From Mobula hypostoma (Eukaryota), in NCBI RefSeq assembly GCF_963921235.1, contig NC_086097.1, positions 15,562,001 to 15,626,000 on the forward strand: a stretch of 64,000 bases of DNA, written 5' to 3'. The position numbers and the translations under genes were made by a program. Below the pieces are notes generated by a model. It was not told the origin of the DNA. It searched no databases and saw only the letters and a list, made by a program, of their open reading frames with translations. This document shows, in pieces, positions 37,956 to 49,387 of the stretch; the first letter of the stretch is position 1; each line of letters begins with the position of its first letter.

Positions 37956-38352
37956 GTTAACTTACTGTGTTACACCATTGGCATTTAGGGCAGCAATGAA
38001 AGTTCTCCATCTCTGGTGGTGTTCACAGCTTCCTTCATTGTGTCAGTAGCTTCCTCTTGGTGTCAGTCATGCAAGTCCCGGGTGGAAACTTAGGAATACC
38101 ATCACACTCAGATGAGAATGGTTCTTTATCGCTATTACTGAAAAAGTTTTGTTTTACCAGTCAGGGTTGTTAGCCCTGAACCTGGAGGACCAATGGACCA
38201 CTCTTAGTCTGTCCTCTACCCTTTGACTTGTTTGGCATGCGTGACCCTATCAAGAGCCAAAGCATAAAACCCTGACTCCAGCCAACATAGCTCTCTGGGT
38301 CATTGAAGCACGCAGCCTCCAAACTATGGCAAGGTTGTGGTCATCTTGTAGG
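37956..38352 (-). mobile_element. Non-autonomous RTE-derived element
   Basis: 11-bp TSD AGTGTTAC(C/T)AT. The minus strand carries RTE/Rex3-like 5' UTR motifs (gagctatgttggctgg, tcctccagg...gggctaacaaccc) joined to a short 3' end (gctgccctaaatgcca). Confidence 0.65.
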
Positions 38353-39699
38353 AGTGTTACTATAATCTTGAATAGTTATTAGACGACGCACTGTCAAGGA
38401 CAGTACTGTGGTTGAAGGACTTTGGTGTTCGATAAAAGTAGCTTGACAGTACTGCCACTAATTGACCTAGCAAGTCCTGAGTGGCATGAAGGAGGCAAAG
38501 TAACATAAGGGATAAACCAACTTGAGCTCAGACTTATTTGTCCATCTTGCCTGTAAAAGCATTTGAAGGATCATCCACAGCATGATATTCTTTACAGTGA
38601 AGATGTTGCGTGACCCAACCATTGTTTAAACGGTATAGATTCAGAGATCTAGCATGGTACACTGAATCCATCCCATCAAACAGGATAGCAATCAACAGCC
38701 CATTTTATCCTGGATGGTGCGGACCTCCTTGAACTGCATTCACACGAGAAACTAGAGAGCATTCTATCAGATATTTGGTAAGTCTCGTAGATATGGAAAT
38801 GTCTCATGAATTTGGATATGGAATGTCAAGTGGTGAGTCATTCATCTCAGATATACCCAGCCTCAGACTTAACCACCAGACATCCCAAAATCTTCCCATA
38901 TCCATGAGCCATAGAAGGGCAAGGACGTTGGTGTGTACAGTGTATATTTTCTTGCCACCTTACCCCACAAGGCACATACCATCCTGATTTTGAAATATTT
39001 TAACTTATTTATTTTCTGGCCTAAACCTTGGAACTCTTAAACCCAAAAGAATTGTAGGAAGATCTTCTACAAAAGTTATGATTTCCACACACCCTTATCC
39101 ATGAGTTTCTTTATGAAGCAAGTTTCAATAGAGGTTTATATTTTACTTTTCCTCTTTCTTCAAATGTAATATTCCTAAGCCAGGTATATGTGACAGAATG
39201 CTGGAATTTGCTACTTTATTTTGAAAGGGGAAAACGGGTTGAGGAGGAATATAAATCAGTCATTATCAAATAGTGGAGCTGACTTGATGGGCTGAATGGC
39301 CTAATTCTGCTAAATTAGATTAGATTGGATTCAACTTTATTGTCATTGTGCGGAGTACAGATACAAAGCCAATGAAATGCAGTTAGCATCTGCTACTAAT
39401 TCTGCTACTATGTCTTATGAGCTTGGAACATAATTTAGTCCATTTTTTAGGTATTAAAGTGACTGTAAGAAACACTATGAACACACTGCAAGTTGAATGT
39501 ATGTAGGAGCTAACATTTTGTGGAGCTGAAATGTGTGTCAGTTTGGCCAAGGATCAGGAGCCAGTTCCTGAACTTCTCAAGACATACAGTAATGGAACGA
39601 TGAGCCTTTGCATTAAACTGAGAAAAAGGTTGTATTCTATTGCTTGGTTGTCATAATACTATAAACACACATTACATTTTAAATATGTTGTTTTACTAG

Positions 39700-39825
39700 C
39701 TCTTGGATAGTGAATTTCGTGGTGTTACAGGATGGGTCACTAGTTGGCTTGGTGGCAGATCTAGTGGAACCCAAAGTGTACCAACTACCCCGCAAAGGCC
39801 AAACCAGCAGACAGTCTTCAACAGT
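39700..39825 (+). CDS. TRIP11: TRIP11 internal coding exon
   Basis: Acceptor ttttactag|CTC. Encodes LLDSEFRGVTGWVTSWLGGRSSGTQSVPTTPQRPNQQTVFNS (126 nt). Donor AGT|gtaagt, phase 0. Confidence 0.93.
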
Positions 39826-40428
39826 GTAAGTTCTCCTTTGTTCATAAATTTCCACGTTTTAAAAATGCATGAACAACAGATATTTTGAGGTATAGTAAAT
39901 GAATGAAAATTGAGACTTACCACAATAAGGTACAACACATAAAATTTTGGAGGAACTGAGTGTGTGGAGGGAAATGGACGATCGACATTTTGGGTTTAGA
40001 CCCTTCATCTGGACTTCAGTAAAGTTGACTGTCCATTTCCCTCTACAGGTGCTACTTGAACCACTGAGTTCTTCCAGCAGTTTGTGTGCTGCTCCAGATT
40101 CCAGCATCTGCATTCTCTTGTGATTGTAATAGGATGGTTATCTCATAGATCAGATCCATACAGTATTAAAAACAGAGCAGCAATATTTCAGAGGAAAATA
40201 TGTCCTTGTGTATCAAGGTTATGTATAACATGCAATTTATGTTTTAGTTTTATATTTTCTGGTATTACACATTGGTTTATGGATGGAAATGTGATAATTA
40301 ATGACAGGAGTGGCCCGTTTATCCTTTTGCCCTTAAATGGCAGAGCAGGCACAATCATGGCTGATCACCAAATTCAGTACCCTCTTCTACTTTCTTCACT
40401 TATCCCATGATCTCTTTAGCCTTTATTA

Positions 40429-40508
40429 CAAGGGTTCCCAACCTGGGGCCCATGGACCTCTCGATTAACGGTAAGGCTCCATGGCATAAACAAGGCTGGG
40501 AACCCCTG
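40429..40508. mobile_element. Very short hAT/Charlie-like MITE
   Basis: TIRs CAAGGGTTCCCAACC / GGCTGGGAACCCCTG. The 8-bp flanks match only partly. Confidence 0.65.
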
Positions 40509-41390
40509 CTCTAGAACGATGTCTTACTCTTTGATGATTTGGCCTCATTTGCCATCTGTGGTACAGTTCATCGCAATTTGGGTGAAGAAATTTCACCTCA
40601 TCTCAGTGCTAAATGAGCTACCCATTATCCTTACACTGTGACCCTATGCTCTAGACTACGCCACGATCAGAAATATCTTTCCTACACCTTGTCAGGATTT
40701 TAAAAGTTTTAATGAATTCCTCTCATTCTCCTGCAAGTTATTTCCAACCCCCTACCACTGCAGTTCTGATGCAGAGTCTCAGACTGAAACTTTAACCATC
40801 CCTGTGTCTCCACAGATTCTGTCTGATCCGTTGAGTTCCTTTAGCAGTTAGTTTTTTGCTGTAGGGTAAGAATAAATACAGCTCCAGGGATTCGGGCTCA
40901 GATTTGTTAATCACATGTAGGTACATCAAAGTATACAATGAATGCATCATCTGCATTAACAACAAGTAGCTAAAAATGTGCTGGGTGCTGCCCACACATT
41001 CCGGCACCAACATAGCATGCCACAATGTTATAATTGTAGTTAGGTGAGTGGTCTAGTAGTCTAGTTAACCAGAATGGGCTTAAATTTTTTTTTGTTTGGT
41101 TACAGAGATGTGTAAGAATTATTGGAATAAATTCAAGGGAGCATGACAAAGGCAACATGTCCTAGTTACAATTTTAAAAAAAAATTCTTACTTATTCTGT
41201 TTCTTCCCCAGTACCGTCATGTCCTGAGATTTTTCACCATCCTTAAAATACTTCTGAAATCTGTTGATTATTTCGTACAGCTCTGAGTCAACCCTGTGGT
41301 TTAAGGCAAGACTTGTAATTCCTTAGTAATACGCTAGGTAGAACAGGTGAATAGAAACGAGAGAAGATCTGCAGATGCTGGAAATCCAAG

Positions 41391-41561
41391 TGTAACACGC
41401 TGTAAGGTTTCACTGCTAATGTAATGGCTTCTCTGTAATGTTTCACTGCTAATGTAATGGTTTCTCTGTGGCAGCAATGTTTGGGTTATGACTGGAGATA
41501 ACGGGACTTGGACTGTGGATGGGGGCCTCGGAACAAGTGCTGGCAGAACCTGACGGTTATA
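41391..41561. mobile_element. Internally deleted copy of the same LTR-like element
   Basis: TGTAAC...GTTATA flanked by 4-bp TSD CAAG (41387-41390, 41562-41565). Has an internal ~31-bp tandem duplication. Confidence 0.7.
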
Positions 41562-41784
41562 CAAGCAACACACACAAAATGCTGGAGGAACTCAGCAGGC
41601 CAGGATGCTGCCTGGCCTGCTGAGGTCCTCCAGCATTTTGCAGGTGAATAGAAGTTAAATTTGACTAGATTGCTCTGAATTTTACATACAGGTATAGCAA
41701 CCAACTGGTTTCCCTCTGTTCTAAAATTACTGGCTTTCTTATTTATCTCCTCTAAGTGTTGCTAATTTTGATATGTGCAAACAG

Positions 41785-42105
41785 ATCTTTCCATGACCAT
41801 GATTGTTCTCTACAGAAGTGGTTTGCCATTGCCTTCTACTGGGCAGTGTTTTACAAGACAGGTGACACCAGACATTATCCATACTTTTCAGAATTGTCTG
41901 CCTGACATCAATAGCGCAGAACTGGGACTTGTGATATGCACCAGCTGCTCATATGACCATCCACCCCCTGCTCCCACGGCTTCTCATTGCCCTGATCAGG
42001 GGTTAAGCAGATGCTTTAGCTTGTCCAAGGGTGACCTGCAGGCTAGCGGAGGGAGGAGTACCTTACACCTCCTTTGATAGAGATGAATCTCCAACATGCC
42101 ACCCA
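41785..42105 (-). mobile_element. RTE/BovB-related short element
   Basis: Minus-strand motif AGAAGGCAATGGCAAACCACTTC, resembling the BovB/Sauria SINE motif. Confidence 0.5.
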
Positions 42106-42188
42106 GTGCAAATCAATATGATGTGAATTATTTGTGATTTTGGTATTGATGGAATGAATTCTTACACCAAACACCTTTTACCTTGCAG

Positions 42189-42336
42189 TCTTTCTCAGAA
42201 ATGTTTGTTAAGTTCCTGGAAGTAGAATCTCGTCCTTCTCCTCCTCCACCAAAGCTTCCAATTTACGATATACATCCGCTTGGGCCCACACCTGCAGCCA
42301 ACCAGCAAGCCAGCAGCCTTCCTGGTCACACCGCCG
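42189..42336 (+). CDS. TRIP11: TRIP11 penultimate coding exon (GA1 motif)
   Basis: Acceptor ttaccttgcag|TCT. Encodes [49 protein letters not shown]. Donor G|gtacgt, phase 1. Confidence 0.92.
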
Positions 42337-43093
42337 GTACGTTTATAATTTACTCGATGTATATCTTTTACATTTTACCATAAAAAGAGTTTGTTTGAAA
42401 CAAGTATTTGGGTTCAGTTATGCAAGGATAGAATCGAACAGTTAATTGAAGCTTTATTCAACTTGCACTAAATATAGTGACTGGTTTAAGGATCCAGAGG
42501 CAGCAGAGAAAAGGCAAAGCTAGTTTACAAGAATGAAAGGTTTCTGTTAGCGGGGTTGTTCACTAGAAAAGAGGAGGATGTTAGGGTCCTGGGATCACAG
42601 CACAAATGCTTAGCTGTTCTAGACTAGGAGGAATTCTCTTTGTCCAGGAGTGTTGATTCTTTGCAATTATTTACACCAGGGATGTGGAGGCTCAAGCACT
42701 TAGTATTCTCTCGAAGAAGGCCGATAGATTTTTTAGATATTAATGGAATTGAGGGATGTGCAGTTCAGGTATTGGCCTTTATTGCTGGAGGCTTGGAATA
42801 CAAAAGGACAGAAGGAAGAAATAAGCAGGGCATCATTAGGAGTTCACTGTATGGGTTAGTCTTTGCCAAATGAAGAATACTGACCTTGTGAGTTAGTTTA
42901 GCACCGATACACCACATTGTGTCCTGGGATAACAAATTGCATGAAGAGAGACTGAGTAATACAAAGGCTTGGTGGGGGGAGGGTGGTGGAAGCAAAACCT
43001 GAAATGCATATCTTCATGAAGGGTCTTCACTTCAAACATTGACTGTTCATTTCCCTCCATCGATACTGCCCCACCTGCTGAATTCCCTCAGCC

Positions 43094-43094
<1 letters not shown>

Positions 43095-43126
<32 letters not shown>
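43095..43126. repeat. (TG)n microsatellite
   Basis: About 16 TG units inside a Penelope terminus fragment. Confidence 0.95.
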
Positions 43127-43127
<1 letters not shown>

Positions 43128-43709
43128 ATTGCTCAGGCCTTCAGCATCTGAAGAATCTCTTACGTTTGGGATAACGCATAGAGGAGGGAGACATATGAAG
43201 GATATAAATGGGAACTTACAAATGCCTACTGAGGGCAGAATTACTTGTGGTACTTTGTGAATGTTTTCACCATGGAAGAGGGTGTTTCCAAAGTAATAGT
43301 GCAGAAGGAGTTAATTGAAGTTCTAGACACCCACCCTGATCGCACCATGTCCTCTTTCTTGATGAATATGGATGTATAGTTTTTCCTAAGATTTTTGCTC
43401 ACTTCTGGTTTCAAGAAAATTCCTCCTTCGTCTTTTTGTCCACCTAGTCTTTCCCTAGCTACTCTCTTGCTCCTAACACACTGACATATAAAGTATATGA
43501 TGCATAGAGAATTAGTATTTTCAACAACACACAAAGCACAGGAGGAACTCAGTGAAAGAAGTCAATGTCCATTTCCCTTCACGGATGCTGAGTTCCTCCA
43601 ACATTTTGTACATTTCTCCAGATTCCAGTATATCTAGTCTCTTGTGTAAGTTTGCCTGACTTCATCTTTTGAATGAAATGAACTAATTGGAACCAAAGCC
43701 TTTAAATGC

Positions 43710-45362
43710 TTTCAAAGGTTTCAAAGGTACATTTAACGTCAGATAAATGTATACAATATACATCCTTCGCAATCATCCTGAAATGCTTTTTCTTCACAAT
43801 AATCTCCGAAAACAGAGGAGTGCCCCCAAAGAATAAATGACAGTTAAACCTTAGAACCCCAAAGTCCCTCCTCCAACTCCTCTCCCTCCTTGCGTAAGCG
43901 GCAGCAAGCAACGATCCCCCCTCCCCCCACTGGCACAAAAAAGCATCAGCACCCGCCACCGAGCACTCAGCGTGAGCAAAGCAACAACAAAGACACTGAC
44001 TTGCAGTACTCCAAAGAATACTTGTTCACCCGGGTATTTGACATACCACAGGCTCTCTCTCTCCCTAATAAGGGAGAAAGAGGTATCTCCGTTTCATAGC
44101 GAGAAGGGAGACATTACAAACAACTGGCTGATTTATGATGTTAAAAGGCCCTTGCGTCGCTTTTTTCAAGCTCTGACCCCAAAAGTCTTGGGTCTCCAGG
44201 CACACAGCCTTAGATCTTCCATCTCCCACGACATACCAGTCTCCTGCCCGGACACTGACCTTTGATCCGCCCATCTCCCGAGCCACAAGATCTCAGCCCT
44301 CCAAAGGCAAGCTGAACTCTTAGAAACATTGAAAACCTACAGCACAATACAGGCCCTTCGGCCCACAAAGCTGTGCCGAACATGTACTTAGTTTAGAAAT
44401 TACCTAGGGTTACCCATAGCCCTCTATTTTTCTAAGCTCTATATACCTGCCCAGGAGTCTGTTAAAAGACCCTATCGTATCCGCCTCCACCACTGTCGCT
44501 GGCAGCCCATTCCACGCACTGCTTTTTTTTCCCGGCAGTTTGATGTTTATCTTTAGAAGCTTTTGCATGACACATGGCTCCGGGGTTAAACACCTAATGG
44601 GTTTTTTCCTGACTTTTTCTTGCTAGTAGGGTTTTTTTTTCTCTCTTTCATCACCAAAATTTTTTTCAATCTTTATAATAATGTTTTTTTTTCTTGAGAC
44701 ATTGTAAATGTTGTTTACTTCGATGTACTCTTGTAAATTTTGGATAATAATAAAAAGATTGGAAAAGAAATATCATACCCCTGACATCTCCTCTGTACCT
44801 ACTTCCAAGCACCTTAAAACTGTGCCCTCTCATGTTAGCCATTTCAGCCCTGAGCAAAAGCCTGTGACTATCCACACAATCAATGCCTCTCATCATCTTT
44901 AACACCTCTATCAGGTCACCTCTTATCCTCCATCACTCCAAGAAGAAAAGGCCAAGTTCACTCAACTTATTTTCATAAGGCATGCTCCCCAGTCCAGGCA
45001 ACATCTTGTAAATCTCCTCTGCACCCTTTCTATAGTTTCCACATCCTTGTTGTAGTGAGGTGACCAGAACTGACACAGTACTCCATGTGGGGCCTGATCA
45101 GGGTCCTATAACATCTAGCTGTAACATTACCTCCCGGCTCTTATACTCAATCTCTCTTCAACCGAGCCCTTGGTGTGCCAAATAATGGCCATTTGTGAAA
45201 CCCCGAGAGCGGGTCCCATTCCCGCAAAGAACCGTAGTCAGCGTGTAACTCCAGGCCAGGGTCTTCAAAAGAACCCTGAAAGGGAAAAATAGAGATATTA
45301 AAAGATGAAAATAGAGCTGTTTCGAAGGTGCAAGCAGAGGAGCCGCCGTTAGGCACCATTAA
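43710..45362 (-). mobile_element. Non-coding ATGGTGCC-headed element with a (TTTGAA)n tail, interrupted by CR1
   Basis: Minus strand starts aatggtgcctaacggcg and ends taaatgtacctttgaaacctttgaa. Confidence 0.55.
44321..45148 (-). mobile_element. CR1-clade 3' fragment with an internal L1-like 3' UTR insertion (~44521-44770)
   Basis: Reverse tail tagaaacattgaaaacctacagcacaatacaggcccttcggccca. ORF 44666-44905 encodes KMMRGIDCVD...RGHSFKV. The insert is T-rich and ends aataaaaagattggaaaagaaa. Confidence 0.75.
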
Positions 45363-45574
45363 TCCTCCTAAGCTCCTGATCCACTTTGCTTAATCCCAAA
45401 GTGAAAAGTTTTAATAATAACTTAGCCTTGCTGCTCAGCCTGCTGGTTGCTTTGACTGGACTTATGATATATTTCAGTTCGTGGTTTAAGACTGCACATA
45501 GTTATTTGAAGGGGTTGAAAATAGGCACTAAACACTATATTCTAACAAAATAGATACAAATTTTTGTCTATTGC

Positions 45575-46290
45575 TGAGCAGAGGGATCTTGGGATCCAAG
45601 TTCATAGCTCTTTGAAAGTGGCTACACAGGTCAGTAAGGCAGTTAAGAAGGCTTATGGAATACTTGCTTTTATTAGTTGAGGCATTGAGTTCAAAAGTCA
45701 AGGTTATGTTGCAACCTTATAAAACTCTGGTTAGGCCACATCTGGAGTATTGCATGCAGTTCTGGTCACTCCACTATAAGAAGTATGCTGAGGCTTTGGA
45801 GAGAGTGCAGAAGAGGTTTACCAGGATGCTGCCTGGTTTAGAGAGCATGTGCTATCAGAGGAGACTGGATAAACTTGGGTTGTTTTCTCTGGAGCATTGG
45901 AAGCTGAGCAGAGATCTGATAGATGCCTACACAATTATGAGAAGCTTAGATAGAGTGGACAGAGAATATCTGTTTCCCAAGGTTGACGTTTCTAATACCA
46001 GAGGGCACACGTTGAAGGTGAGAAGGGGGTAGGTTCAAAGGGGATGCGAGGGGTAAATTTTTAACTTAAGAGTGGTGGATGCCTGAAATGCGCTGCCTGA
46101 TATGGTGGTAGAGGCAAATACATTAGAGGCTTTTCAGAGATGTTTAGATGGGCACGTGGATGTAAGGAAGGTGGAGGGATACTGACATAAGATGGATGTG
46201 TTTGGGTGTTTTTGATTTGCTTTTTAGCTGGTGCGACATAACGTCGTGGGCCAAATGACCTATTTCTGTGCTATACTGTTCAATGTTCTA
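45575..46290 (+). mobile_element. CR1-clade LINE 3' fragment
   Basis: Encodes YKTLVRPHLEYCMQFWS...ALERVQKRFTRMLPGL...TRGHTLKV. Tail ctgtgctatactgttcaatgttcta. Confidence 0.88.
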
Positions 46291-46361
46291 AATTAATGGT
46301 TTTGTGAAGCATTTCTCAATGTATAATTTCATTAAATCATGCTATTAAATTTTATTTTCAG

Positions 46362-46582
46362 GCACGACTGGAGCAGATCCAGTGAAAAAATCAGAGTCCA
46401 GTTCCTTCTTGGCTCCACGATCTGCTGCTGTGCCTCTCATTACCTCAGCTGTTGCCAGTTCTACTGGGTCCTCGCATCTCCTCATGAAACCAATCTCCAG
46501 TGCCCTTCCCACTTTCACGCCTCTACCAGTGTCACCAGATTCCAGTGCTGGCACTGTCCTCAAAGATCTCCTCAAGCAATAA
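46362..46582 (+). CDS. TRIP11: TRIP11 terminal coding exon
   Basis: Acceptor ttattttcag|GC. Encodes GTTGADPVKKSESSSFLAPRSAAVPLITSAVASSTGSSHLLMKPISSALPTFTPLPVSPDSSAGTVLKDLLKQ*. FLAPRSAAVPLI, LPTFTPLP and VLKDLLKQ* are typical of the TRIP11 C-terminus. Confidence 0.95.
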
Positions 46583-48260
46583 AAAAAAACTGGAGCAATC
46601 CACTACAGCACTTTAAAGTGAAAAATTACACTATAGACTATAGCACAAGAGGGATTTTGTGCAGTGTACACAGATCTCCCTGAAAAATATTTGCATATTG
46701 TAAGCATGCATCTTTCAATTTGACATGCTAAGTCCATGAAAGTTGCAATCCTCTTGGGGAATGATTGGCTTCATGTGTAGGAATAATTTCACCTCTTTCC
46801 AAAAAGCTAATTATAAATACTTGGTACAAAGTACACAAGGTGAGTTTTTTTTGCTAAATACAGATACTGTATATTTGGCACTTAATCAAGAGGCACATCT
46901 AAAAAAAGAAATTCACAGAGGCACAGAATTATCAGTCCTAATGGGACCTGCATAGTTGCAAGCTATAATGGATTTTCATAACACCCTTCCACAGAAGTAT
47001 TAAAGTAAAGCCTCTGAAGTACAAAATTCCAAAGAAATAAAATAGCAGTGTTGTGTACATGAAGTTTATTAAATGCAGACTCTTTCAAGTTACTGTATTT
47101 TCAGTTGTACCTTCCATGGTATAAAAATAATTATTTTTCGACTGCCTTTAACTGCATATCTGAAGTAGCTTTAGGGGTGGGCAAGACTTGCTGTGGTTTA
47201 TGCTGAGTTTTGAGAAGAAATTGAAAACTGTTTCCCTGCCTCTTCTCTCCTCTTTCCCATCCATTCCATGTTCTTGCTTTAGAGGGATCAAGTTTTTTTT
47301 TGTGCTGAAATACCTTAATTTAAGAAAATAGTGTCTGCTATAGTGTCTTAATCAGAATATAAAATGAGAACACTGGTTACAGTATGTTTGCAAAACTAAC
47401 TCTATTAGAGTAAATCCAAATTAAATTCATTGACTGTCTTCTATGATTGTATGCAGGCCTTGTTACCGATCTTCATTCTTTATTTTATTGTAGAACCCAT
47501 CAGAAACTTGATTGCAACCTTGAAATTAATTTATTCTTAATGATGGAATCTTCTTCCCTATTCACTGTTCAGTATAGTGAATTTTGCTTTGAGCTTAAAG
47601 CAAACGCCACAAAGGAGCAGTAGACTGTCATTTGCATTTCCAAGGATATAGGGAATTTCACTGAAACCTAAAACTGAAATTCTTGCAGACACTTCTGCAT
47701 AGTGACACTAGTTATTTCAGTCATGCCTGCAGAGTACTGTATAACCCCGGTGTGTCTGATGCTGGCTAGTGCCAAGGAATCTGTTATTAGTATGTAAAGG
47801 CAGTGATCTAAAAGTTTTTGTATTATATTTCAGTTGTAATAATTTGTACAATTCTGGAATTTGGGCTTTTGAATTGCTGCAGGATTTTCTGTTAAATTAT
47901 TCTACTTACAGCTCACTGTATCAGTGAGAGTGAAACAACAGTTAACAGCCTGCAATGCATTTCTTTGTATAAATTGTTTGTCTTTACCATCCAAAAACTC
48001 TTTTTTCATCTGGCATATGCCTGCAGATTTATAAGGTACAGCCTTCTAAGTTCTAAATTATCCATAAACTAATAGCTGTGTTGGTTATTGTATAATATTG
48101 TGATTAGCTGAAAGAATGCCATTCTTGAATATATTAAAATCCTTTATAGTAAGCTGTCTTATTTCCCAGGAAATTGTTCAGGTTAATTATTACTATGATT
48201 TGAAGAGTTGTATACATCTCAAAATGCAAACTTATTAAAGGTTACGATTAGTCTTCTGCA
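46583..48260 (+). other. TRIP11: Probable TRIP11 3' UTR (end uncertain)
   Basis: AT-rich stretch with no recognisable repeats after the stop codon. Candidate poly(A) signals are AATAAA 47036-47041 and ATTAAA 48234-48239. Confidence 0.55.
47036..47041 (+). terminator. Candidate polyadenylation signal AATAAA
   Basis: Canonical hexamer about 450 nt after the stop, followed by GT-rich sequence (gtgttgtgt). Confidence 0.4.
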
Positions 48261-48344
48261 TTGGAACCAAATGTGCCGACGTCATGAGAGCCAGCCAAGA
48301 ATACTCACATACTGATTTAATAGATCAATTTCTTTATTTAGTGT

Positions 48345-48585
48345 TTTTTTTAGAGATGTGGCATGGTAATAGGCCCTTCCAGCCTAATGAGCCTGTGTTG
48401 TCCAATTATACTCATGTGACCAATTAACCTAGCAAGCATACTTCTTTTGGAATGTGAAAGGAAAGAGGATCACATGGAGAAAACCCCATGCAGTCACAGG
48501 GAGCGTGTACAAACTCCTGACGGAGTGCTGGGAATTGAACCCCTGTCACTGGCACTGTAAAGCGTGCTAACTGCTATGCCACCGA
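48345..48585 (-). mobile_element. V-SINE
   Basis: Reverse V-domain (ggaatgtgaaaggaaa...cccatgcagtcacagggagcgtgtacaaactcc) and B-box-like gggaattgaaccc. Confidence 0.75.
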
Positions 48586-49119
48586 ATTGTTTAATGTTAG
48601 GAGTTGGTTGAAGTTGAAGATCTCCATCACTCATCTGTGACATTGTAGTGCAAGGTCTGCTTTGTCTTCAAAATAAGATTTTAGTTTTTCTTGAACAGGG
48701 TGATTTTTTTTTGGGCGCATTGGTGCTAAGAGTGTAGCTCACTGCTAACCCATTCAATTGACTGTTGCTCATCATAATTAAACATGGTGACTATAGGAGA
48801 TTCTTCACGCTAGCAGCAGTGTGGCTCTTCAGAAGCTGTTCAAATGTTCTAGCTGTGGTGAGAATCCTGGCTGGGTTTGCTCAACAGCATTTTCGTCAAA
48901 ATTTGTGCAACAACCAGCACTTGACCCCAATAAAATTTAAACACTGTTAATTACTTAAGTTTATTTGTCAATCTTTGAAAGTAACGCAAAATGTTGACAA
49001 TTGTTCTTGAAAATCTAGTTAGAGTTGTCAAATTACCAACAAAGACAAAGAGAGGATGTGACTTTTTATAGAACTCCTGACTGAGTAATAATCTTAATCA
49101 GCTTTCTTTAAATGTAAGA

Positions 49120-49322
49120 TTTGGTTTGGAATTCCGCTCCAGATGTTGACCAGTATAAATCATGCAGGTACTTAAGCGTATTACTGAAGATTCATTGTAC
49201 TGCTGGAGTAGGTGTCTTTCTGATGAGACCTGACATACTTTTGCTCTGTGGTGAGCATGAAACATCCCATGGTATCATTTGAAATTGAGCAGATGTGTTT
49301 TTGTACTGTCCTGGCCAAAATC
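49120..49322 (+). mobile_element. Ancient Deu-domain-like SINE remnant
   Basis: gtctttctgatgagac...atcccatgg...gagcag...tgtcctggccaa resembles the DeuSINE core as I recall it. Similar remnants near 28430, 58550 (minus) and 60270. Confidence 0.45.
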
Positions 49323-49387
49323 GATTACTACCTTGCTGTCTTTACCAACATTCTTCTGTCATTTAAAGCGTTCTTTTTTTCTTCCCA

